64,000 bases of DNA from Planktothrix sp. GU0601_MAG3 (GTDB lineage Bacteria; Cyanobacteriota; Cyanobacteriia; Cyanobacteriales; Microcoleaceae). This document shows positions 55,133-64,000 of this stretch, in pieces. A model generated the notes under the pieces. That model ran no database searches. It was given only the letters and a program-made list of their open reading frames with translations, and was not told the origin of the DNA. The stretch lies in assembly GCA_035193785.1 (NCBI GenBank), contig CP136572.1:4244578-4308577 (forward strand). The letters run 5' to 3'. A program made the position numbers and the translations under genes. Each line of letters starts with the position of its first letter. The stretch's first letter is position 1.

Positions 55133-56728
55133 ATGTCTAATTTTCCCTCTCCAAAATCTACCTTAAAAGAACAGAATCAGGAATGGATTCAGCCAGAAAA
55201 TCGGCGAGAAGAATCTGATTCTCCGGCTAAATCTTTCCCCATAAAAATAGCCCCAGAAACCGAGGCTTCTAAAACCGGATGGTTCCAAATTTTACTGGTT
55301 ACTTCCATGGCATTGGGGATTGGTTTTATCGGGGGACAATGGTGGCAAGCTACACCGAAAGATGGGGATAAACCAACGGCAGAAAGACCGAATCGGGCTA
55401 GAGAAAATAAGGTTAAAATTGCTGCGGTAGAAACCTTGAATTTTGAGGAAACCTCTGATTTTGTAGGGACATTAGAGGCAAAAAGGGCGGCAGATATTAA
55501 GCCAGAAATTGAGGGCCGAATTACCGAAATTTTAGTAAGTTCAGGGCAGATTATTCAACAGGGAGAAGCGATCGCTCGCCTCAAAAGTGATAGTGTAGAA
55601 TCGAGTTTAAATCAAGCTAAAGCCAATTTAGTTCGGACTCAGGCTCGTTTAGAGGAACTAAAAGCCGGAAGTCGTCCTGAAGAAATTGCTCAGGGAAGGG
55701 CAAAATTAGCCGAAGCAAAAGCCAGATTAGTCGATGCGGAATCCGGTGGTTTATTAGCAGAAATTAATCAAGCCAAGGCTCAAATAGATTCAATTAGAGC
55801 CGATGCTGAATTAGCAGAAAATCGGGTAAATCGTTTTAAAGATTTAAGCGAATCTGGGGCAATTTCTCAGGATCAATTTGATGCTTTATCCTCTCAAAAA
55901 AATAGTGCTAATGCGAATTTACAAGCTGCTAAACGCCGTTTAGAACAATTACAAAAAAATCGACAATCAGAAATCAATCTCCGTCAAGCCGTTATTGAAC
56001 AGGAAAAACAGGCTTTAAAACAATTAGAAAATGGGACTCGAATTCAAGAAATTCAACAGGCGGAAGCCCAGGTTGCGGAAGCAGCGGCTCAAGTTCGCAA
56101 TATTGAATTAGATTTGCAAGAAACCGCCGTTTTAGCACCCTTTACTGGGGTAGTTGGTGATGTGGGAATTAAGGTGGGAGATTATGTTAGTAAAGGAGAT
56201 ATTCTCACCCGTTTAACCGCAAATGATCAGTTAGAATTACGCTTACCCGTAACCTTAGAACACAAAGAGGATCTCAAGTTAGGATTATCGGTGAACATGG
56301 TTGATGCTCAGGGAAAAGTATTAGCTAATGGACGAATTAGTTTTATCTCTCCTTCGGTAAATCAAGACTCCCAAACGATTTTAGCTAAAGCCAGTTTTGA
56401 TAATTCTCAAGGATTATTTAAAGATGGTCAATTTGTGCGGGCTGAAGTGGTTTGGAAACAAACACTAAATGCCGTTGTAATTCCGATGACCGCCGTTCAA
56501 TTCCAAGGTAATCAACGATTTGTATTTTTGGCTGAAGGCGAAGAAAAATTAACGGCCAAAAAACAACCTATTAAATTAGGTTTAATTCAAAAAGATCAGG
56601 CGGAAATATTAGAAGGACTCAAACCCGGACAGAAATTGATTATTTCCGGTACACAAAAATTATCCGATGGTGCAGCTATTAATATTTTACCTGCTAATTC
56701 CGATCAGACTTCCAATGGCAAACGTTAA
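55133..56728 (+). CDS. RND efflux periplasmic adaptor (MFP)
   Basis: Biotinyl-lipoyl-like halves, long coiled coil, APFTG, GLKPG. Confidence 0.92.
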   Translation: MSNFPSPKSTLKEQNQEWIQPENRREESDSPAKSFPIKIAPETEASKTGWFQILLVTSMALGIGFIGGQWWQATPKDGDKPTAERPNRARENKVKIAAVETLNFEETSDFVGTLEAKRAADIKPEIEGRITEILVSSGQIIQQGEAIARLKSDSVESSLNQAKANLVRTQARLEELKAGSRPEEIAQGRAKLAEAKARLVDAESGGLLAEINQAKAQIDSIRADAELAENRVNRFKDLSESGAISQDQFDALSSQKNSANANLQAAKRRLEQLQKNRQSEINLRQAVIEQEKQALKQLENGTRIQEIQQAEAQVAEAAAQVRNIELDLQETAVLAPFTGVVGDVGIKVGDYVSKGDILTRLTANDQLELRLPVTLEHKEDLKLGLSVNMVDAQGKVLANGRISFISPSVNQDSQTILAKASFDNSQGLFKDGQFVRAEVVWKQTLNAVVIPMTAVQFQGNQRFVFLAEGEEKLTAKKQPIKLGLIQKDQAEILEGLKPGQKLIISGTQKLSDGAAINILPANSDQTSNGKR

Positions 56729-56794
56729 GGAGGGTTGTTGACTGCTGATTGAAGCCCTAAAGGGCTTACTACAAACATCCAATAACCTAATAAT

Positions 56795-59700
56795 ATGTTT
56801 ACTCATTTTTTCATCAAAAGACCTGTTTTTGCTTCGGTTTGTTCGTTGTTGATTATTATTTTAGGAATGGTGGGTTATACTCGCCTTCCGGTGCAGGAAT
56901 ATCCTAAGATTGATCCGCCGATTGTGACCGTAAGCACCAACTATCCGGGGGCAAGTCCCCAGGTCGTAGAAACGGAAGTTACGGAGATTTTAGAAGCACA
57001 AATTAACGGCATTGCTGGCATTAAAACCCTAACTTCTAATAGTCGAGAAGGAAGCAGTTCTATTTCAGTGGAATTTGAATTAAATCGAGATTTAGAAGTC
57101 GCCGCCCAAGAAGTTAGAACTCGGGTAGCAAGGGCGGCTAGAAGATTACCCGATGAAGTCGATGAACCAACCGTAGAAAAGCGTTCTGGAGATGATGAAA
57201 GAATTTTATGGGTGGGATTCTTTTCCGAGAATTTATCTCCTTTAGAATTAAGCAATTATGCCGATCTTTATATTAAAAATACCTTAGAAACCGTTGATGG
57301 TGTAAATAGCATTTTCATTGCCGGAGAACGCCGTTATGCCATGCTATTATGGTTAAATCCGGTGCAAATGGCAGCCCGTCAAATCAGTGCTTTAGATGTG
57401 GAACAAGCCCTGAGACGACAAAATATTGAAATTCCTAGTGGTCGAATTGAAGGCAAAGAAACGGAATATCCGGTGAGAACTTTAGGAAGATTACAAACCC
57501 CTCAAGATTATGAAGACCTAATTATTAAGCGCAATGATAATGGCTCTCAGGTAAAAATTCGAGATGTTGGACGAGTAGAAATTGGAGCAAGAGATGATCG
57601 AACAGTTGCCCGTTTTAATGGAAAACCTGCGGTTTCCATGGGCATTAGTAAACTAGCAGACGCTAATTTAATTGAAGTAGTTCGGGGAATTAAAGCTCAA
57701 TTAGCGGAATTAGAAAAAAGTTTTCCCGAAGGGCTCAGATATGAAATTGCTGTAGATTATTCTGAATTTGTCGAATTGGCTATTGAAGAAGTTTGGATTA
57801 GTTTGTTAATCTCGATTTCTCTAGTCGTTTTAATTATCTTCCTATTCTTGAAAAATTGGAGGGCTACGTTAATTCCAGCCATCACCATTCCTATTTCTTT
57901 AATTGGGGCTTTTAGTGTGATGTTTTTTCTGGGATTTTCGATTAATACCCTCACCCTATTTGCCTTAACTTTAGCCACGGGTTTAGTGGTGGATGATACG
58001 ATTGTGGTCTTAGAAAATATCATCCGTTATATGGAAGAAAAACGGCTAGAAACCCTTCCCGGCAACCTACGGCGCCGTGGGGGAAGTGGTATTTGCGGTA
58101 ATTGCCACAACGGTTGTTTTAGTAGCGGTGTTTGTTCCCGTCGCCTTTGCTGGGGGAGCAACGGGACGATTATTTAATGAATTTGCCTTGACCTTAGCGG
58201 GTTCGGTGGTCTTTTCTACTATTGTGGCTTTAACCTTAGCTCCCCCCCTAGCCGCCCGTTTATTGCGTCACGAAACCGAGCCCCGGGGATTGATGAAAAT
58301 TTTATCTTTCCCCCTAGATGTTTTTGAATGGGTTTTAAATCAAGTCATCGCTATTTATGCTTGGACATTAAACATATTAATGGCAATTAAACCCCTTGTT
58401 ATTTTGGGATTTATTGCCAGTTTAGGATTAACAGCTTGGTTATTTTTACAGTTGCCCCAGGGATTTTTACCCACGGAAGATCGAGGTCGAATTTTTACCC
58501 CAATTACCGCTCCTGAAGGCGTGAGTATTAACTATACTAACCGAGTGGTTCAGCAGGTTGAAAACATCTTTAGTCAAGTCCCAGAAATTAGAAGTTATTT
58601 TGCCATTGCTGGTTCTAGTCGAGGTGTTTCCCAAGGAAATAGAGGGTTCTCTTTTGCCCGTTTAACACCCTGGTCTGAACGCCCGGAAGCTGAACAATCT
58701 CAACAATCTATTGTGGGGAAATTATTAGGTAAATTTTCAGCAATTACCGATGCCCTAGTCTTCGCTACAAACCCCGGGGGATTACCCGGAGGCGGTCAAG
58801 GTCAACCGATCCAATTTGTCTTACAAGGTCGGGATTTAGAACAATTGGCAAATGTTTCGGAAGAATTTGTAATTCAAGCCAGAAATTTACCCGAAGTGGT
58901 TAATATTGATACTAATTTAAAACTGAATAAACCGGAATTAGTGATTAGTGTAGATCGTTCCCAAGCTGGAAATTTAGGAGTATCTGTACAGGATATTGCC
59001 CGCACTTTACAAATTTTGGTTGGGGGTCAGGAAATTACCAGTTTTAATCAGGGAAATCAACGCTATGAAGTGGTGGTTTCGGGCCGAGGAACAATATCGA
59101 GCAAATCCCGAGGATTTAAAGCAATTATATGTGCGTTCCCAACAGGGAGAAATGATTGCTTTGAGTAATTTAGTCACCATTTCCACCGCTACAACACCCC
59201 CTCAAATTAACCATTTTAATCGCTTTCGTTCTGCAACTTTAGAAGGAAGTCCAGCCCAGGGAGTTAGTTTAGGCGTGGCGTTAAATGCTTTGGAAAATTT
59301 AGCTAAGGATATTTTGCCACCGGATATGCGCACCTCTTTTTCCGGGGAATCTTTAGAATTTAAAGAGGCGGGTCAATCGACTAATTTTATTTTCGCCCTT
59401 GCCTTAGTTTTTATTTTCCTAACCTTAGCTGCCCAATTTGAAAGTTATATTGACCCGATGATTATTCTATTAGCGGTGCCTCTGTCATTATTAGGGGCAT
59501 TTGGGGCACTGTGGATAGCACAATTAGAGTTAAATGCCTTTAGTCGAATTGGGTTGATTATGTTAATAGGATTAGCAACTAAAAACTCAATTTTAATTGT
59601 GGAATTTGCTAACCAATTACGAGAACAGGGTTTATCAATTCAACAGGCTGCAATTGAAGCCTGTCGCTTACGATTTCGCCCAATTATGATGACGGCATTA

Positions 59701-60036
59701 TCAACTATTTTAGGGGTGATGCCCCTAGCTTTTGCCACCGGGGCGGGGGCTGCGAGTCGGGTCGCCATTGGCATGGCGGTGATGGGGGGAATGTTGGTTT
59801 CTACGTTTTTGAGTCTCTATATTATTCCGGTTTTTTATGTGATTGCCACCAGTCTCCAATCCCGTTTAATTGGGCATAATTCTCAATCCCAACATTTAGA
59901 AAATGTTGTGCTGAATGCAGATAAAGGATCTTATTCTAATGGCAATGGTCATAATAATGGAAAGGGAAATCCTACATCTCATCAGGATCAACTTACAAAA
60001 TCTTCACAAATTTCTGATCAAACTCGGCATTTGTAA
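56795..60036 (+). CDS. RND efflux permease (AcrB family); apparent frameshifts at 58049 and 59076
   Basis: FIKRPVFA, GLVVDD.IVVLENI, KNSILIVEF, RFRPIMMT. Confidence 0.94.
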
Positions 60037-60312
60037 AGGAATCTTGTTGATGATTTTGACAACTTATCTACTTGTGGTAAATGGGACAATATGTGTATAA
60101 TTAAGTTAACATAACTTAGTTTATAAATTTTTAAGTTATGATGATTTGATAACATCACAAGATTAATGATTCTTATGGAGGTTGCACGAAAGTATCAGGA
60201 AAAGTCTATCTAACGTTAGAAAGATAGATTACTTACCCAGTGCCTCAACCCTTGGCTGAAAAGCTAAGAATTTTCCAAACAGTCCTTTAAAACCCAACTT
60301 TAATACAAGATC

Positions 60313-60573
60313 ATGCAAACCGTAAACTTGCCTGTAGATTCGATGAAGATTCAGATTTTGTGCGGTTATAAAAACCCCACCAAACAGGTGCAAATTCTGC
60401 GGATGGAAACTACAGTTCGGGGTTATTTTGAACGGGTTATTTTTCCAGGGGAATATTGCTTATTTGTCGGGGAATCTAATATAGATTTGGAGGTTTACTC
60501 TAGTGGAGATCCTACCCGGATAGAAATGGAAAAAATTCCTTGTGATGCGTTAAAAGTTGAAGAAACCGAATAA
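60313..60573 (+). CDS. DUF1830-family protein
   Basis: ILCGYKNPT..VQILR...YFERVIFPG. Confidence 0.8.
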   Translation: MQTVNLPVDSMKIQILCGYKNPTKQVQILRMETTVRGYFERVIFPGEYCLFVGESNIDLEVYSSGDPTRIEMEKIPCDALKVEETE

Positions 60574-60583
60574 CTTTCTAACT

Positions 60584-60799
60584 TCGTAGTGAGGCGTTTA
60601 CGCCTCAATTCATCGTAGTGAGGCGTTTACGCCTCAATTCATCGTAGTGAGGCGTTTACGCCTCAATTCATCGTAGTGAGGCGTAAACGCCTCAATTCTT
60701 ACCCAAAGATCAAGAGGAGGCGTGAAACGCCTCACTACGCGGCGTTTACGCCTCAATTCTGACTCAAAGATCAAGAGGAGGCGTGAACGCCTCACTACG
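60584..60799. repeat. Cluster of GTAG-type REP palindromes (4 tandem 29-bp units plus inverted partners)
   Basis: tcgtagtgaggcgtttacgcctcaattca at 60584, 60613, 60642, 60671; cgcctcactacg at ~60728 and ~60788. Confidence 0.9.
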
Positions 60800-60815
60800 G
60801 GGAAATGGAGTTATA

Positions 60816-62544
60816 TTACAACAGTTGGTATTTTGAGCGAGCATATTGATATAATCTTCGCCAAACTAAACGGTTAGTTAAAACTACTAATAAAGACATG
60901 ACAACGGTAGAAGCAAACAACAGGGAATAGTTTCCGGTTTCCGTTGCTTGAGAAATTAGTGATCCCAGTCCAGGGGTCGTTAAAGTTTGGTTTTGAAACT
61001 GAACATATTCGCTAACAATACTAGCATTCCAAGCACCACCAACGGCCGTAATCATCCCTGTAATTAAATAGGGAAAAATTCCAGGTAAAATCACGGTTTT
61101 CCATCGCTGTACTAAAGAGAGTTTATAAATACTGGCGGCTTCAAATAACTCCGAGGGAATAGCCTGGGCTCCGGCAATTACATTAAATAAGATATACCAC
61201 ATTGTTCCTAACATCATCAGTGCCACAGAACCAATTTGTAAACCCCCTCCTAAACGGGCTAAAAATAGTAATAAAACCGGAAATAAAGCCGTTGCTGGAA
61301 CCGAGGCTGCAATTTGAACTAAGGGCTGTAAACTCTGGGCTAGTCGAGGATTTCTGCCAATGGCAACGCCCACGGGGACAGTCCATAATAGGGATAAACA
61401 TAGGGCGATAACTACTCGTAAAGCGGTTAAAATAGCACCGACCATGATCTGTTTCCAGTCTTGAAAATCTAGTTTTTGTAAGAGTAAAACCGATTCCCAA
61501 GTTCCCCATATAATTATAAATCCAAACCCCGTTAAAAATAGGCGATTCCACCAACGTTTATTGGGGTTTACTGATAAATTCAAGGTTGAATTACGATGGG
61601 ATTTTCCGATGGGCGCATCAATTTTTTCTGACCAAAAATATCCCAAGCGTTCCGTTAAAATTCTCAGAGTTGGAGAACGTCGCAGGAAATCTAATACAAT
61701 AGATTGGGGAACATTTTGGGATTCAACGGTTTCTAACTTGAATTTTTCAGCCCAAGCAATTAGGGGCTTCCATACCAAAAAATCGAGGATAATAATAATT
61801 CCAATTAAAACCGCTACTCCCCAAGCAATGGCGGTGAAATCTCCTTGATCGGAGGCTTGGGCTAAAAACGATCCTAGCCCGGGAAGTCGAAAACTGCGCT
61901 CACCCAGGGTAAAGGATTCAATTGCCATCAAAAAAAACCAACCTCCGGCAACGGACATGACACTATTCCAGACTAATCCTAGGATTCCCGAAGGTAATTC
62001 TACTGACCAAAACCGTTGCCAAAAACTGAGATTATAGACCCGAGCGACTTCTAATAATTCCTGGGGAATACTCAATAAAGATTGATAAAAACTAAAAACT
62101 AAATTCCAAGTCATCCCGGTAAAAATTAAGATAATAGCAGCAAATTCAACTCCAATTCTTTGACCAGGAAATAAAGCAATTAAAGCCAGAACCACCCCAG
62201 GTAAAAAAGATAAAACCGGAATTGATTGTAAAATATCTAATAGGGGAATTAAAATTTTTGCAGCCGAGGCAGAACGATAGGCAAAATAGGCGTAAACTAA
62301 ACTAAAAATCAAAGATAAAAAATAGGCTAATCCCATCCTTAATAGGGTTTGGGCCGTATAACTTGGCAGTTGACCTAAATTTGTAGAGATGATCACATCG
62401 GGTTTCATAATCTCCTACCAATTGGGAAGCAGTGCGAATAATCACTAAAATTACTGTAATAATAGCTAAAATTAATAAGCCATCCTGCCAGGTCAAACGG
62501 GAGTGTTCTAAGGTTTTATTTTTAGGAATCAAAGGACGAGCCAT
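60816..62544 (-). CDS. NitT/TauT-type ABC transporter permease (two TM domains); apparent frameshift at 62402
   Basis: LDILQSIPVLSF, AGGWFFLMAIE, GGAWNASIVSE. Confidence 0.9.
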
Positions 62545-62549
62545 GCTAT

Positions 62550-63872
62550 TTATTCCTCCGGTGTGGTTAAATTAAAATCAGATGTTTCTAAAAATACTTC
62601 GCCGCTGGGTTCATCATAGGCATAGAGTTCTGCATAACGTCCCCAGTCAATGGCGGTATTTAACTGGCGTTGAGCTTCTTTTGGACTAAAATGATTATTC
62701 AAAATATCTAATACTAAATCTTCAGGAATCCGATGATTTTGTTTGGATTGACAAAGAGTATATATTTGTTGAACTAGACGAATATGACTGAGTAATTGTT
62801 GTCGAATAATTTGTTTGCGATCGTCAATATTTCCCTGAATAAATTCTAAGGCGATCTCCGTCAGACTCAAATCTCCCTCTCTAATTTTGATTAAAGCCGT
62901 GAATTCTGCGGCTTCAACAATGGGGAGTAAATCATCAACTTCTAGTTGTAGTTCTTGTCCCAAACGGTATAAATCAAGGTTTTGTCTTCCTTCTAAAATT
63001 TCTAATAAACCGGCAACAGAGCCAATCCGAACATTAGGTAAAGATTGATATTTACTAGGAATATTAGTAACGTTTTTTTGGGGTTCTAAGGTTTCTAACT
63101 CAGGGTTAGTCAGGATTTTATAAACTTGATCTACTAAGGCTTGAAAACCGGGACTTTTTCGATCGCGATAATGGCTTAATTTAATCGTTAAATTTGCTCG
63201 AATTCTACCCGGATTTCTCCCTAAAACAATCACTCTATCCGCTAAGGTGATCGCTTCTTCAATCCCATGGGTTACAATTAAAATTCCCTGGGTGGGAATC
63301 CGTTTTTCTAACCACAAATCTAAGAGTTCAATTCGCAGGTTTTCTGCGGTTAAAACATCTAGGGCGGAGAAGGGTTCATCCATACATAATAGTTCCGGTT
63401 CAACGGCTAGGGCCCTAGCAAAGCCAACCCGTTGTCGCATTCCCCCGGATAGTTCTTTAGGATAGGCATTTTCAAATCCATCTAAACCAATAATATCGAT
63501 CATTTTTAAGGCTCTTTGTCGTCGCCAGTCCACGGGAAATCCCCTAGCTTTTAATCCTAATTCGACATTTTCTAAAACCGTTAACCAAGGGTAAAGGGCA
63601 AAACTTTGGAAGACAATTGCCACCCCGGGATTAATTCCAATTAATGGTTTTCCATGACAGAGAACCTGTCCTTGGGTGGGGGAAATTAACCCGGCAATGA
63701 TTCGCATTAAAGTGGATTTTCCCGAACCAGAAGGCCCTAATAGGGCAATGATTTCACCTCGGCGCAATTCTAAATTGATGTTATTGAGAATCGGAATTTC
63801 TTGACCATTGGGCTGTTGATAGGATTTACCAACGTCTTGAAGGATGACCAAAGGTTTCTGTTTGGGAATCAC
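62550..63872 (-). CDS. NitT/TauT-type ABC ATP-binding protein with C-terminal extension
   Basis: GPSGSGKS, LSGGMRQR, DEPFSALD; C-terminal WGRYAEL. Confidence 0.92.
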   Translation of the reverse strand: MIPKQKPLVILQDVGKSYQQPNGQEIPILNNINLELRRGEIIALLGPSGSGKSTLMRIIAGLISPTQGQVLCHGKPLIGINPGVAIVFQSFALYPWLTVLENVELGLKARGFPVDWRRQRALKMIDIIGLDGFENAYPKELSGGMRQRVGFARALAVEPELLCMDEPFSALDVLTAENLRIELLDLWLEKRIPTQGILIVTHGIEEAITLADRVIVLGRNPGRIRANLTIKLSHYRDRKSPGFQALVDQVYKILTNPELETLEPQKNVTNIPSKYQSLPNVRIGSVAGLLEILEGRQNLDLYRLGQELQLEVDDLLPIVEAAEFTALIKIREGDLSLTEIALEFIQGNIDDRKQIIRQQLLSHIRLVQQIYTLCQSKQNHRIPEDLVLDILNNHFSPKEAQRQLNTAIDWGRYAELYAYDEPSGEVFLETSDFNLTTPEE

Positions 63873-64000
63873 GCATATCTCAATAATTCCTGTTGAAATT
63901 GCTTTTATTGTGGCATTTTTGTTAACTGGAGAATTATCTTAACATGAATTATGCTCGTTAAAAAATATTTTTAAGTTAATAATAGATTAAATCTACTAGC

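Noticed and set aside
60584..60700. Possible CRISPR array (29-bp palindromic repeats)
   Set aside because: Units are contiguous with no spacers and no cas genes are nearby; fits GTAG-REP.
3441..62544. Mass pseudogenisation or programmed frameshifting
   Set aside because: Breaks hit essential genes and all share one 4-bp motif with no slippery or stimulatory signals; best explained as a systematic sequencing artefact.

Overview
Chromosomal window from a HIP1-rich (GCGATCGC) filamentous cyanobacterium, most likely Planktothrix, judged from the mvdABCDEF gene order and precursor leaders. Most genes are housekeeping: psaM, ndk, speA, infC, surE x2, pheS, folC, ndhS, rpsB, tsf, recG, heme oxygenase, hemJ, acsF, aroC, psbN/psbH, tatA, pth, RND and ABC transporters. 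It also holds a complete microviridin RiPP cluster with two precursors missed by the ORF track, tRNA-Leu(UAA) with a group I intron, a PIN toxin-antitoxin pair, a glycosyltransferase/methyltransferase/solute-binding island, an ISAs1 end, two tnpB elements and many REP/MITE/STRR repeats. Three things stand out. (1) An AT-rich accessory operon encodes an extra adenylate kinase, a KAP P-loop NTPase and two paralogous 4xCBS proteins, a candidate adenylate-sensing defence or signalling system. (2) All 24 frameshifts in otherwise intact genes are +1 insertions turning GAAC/GTTC into GAAAC/GTTTC, which points to a motif-specific sequencing artefact at the known Dnd phosphorothioation motif. (3) Two paralogous promoter-driven ~40-nt units, each a 10-codon micro-ORF or sRNA, lie divergent from recG.
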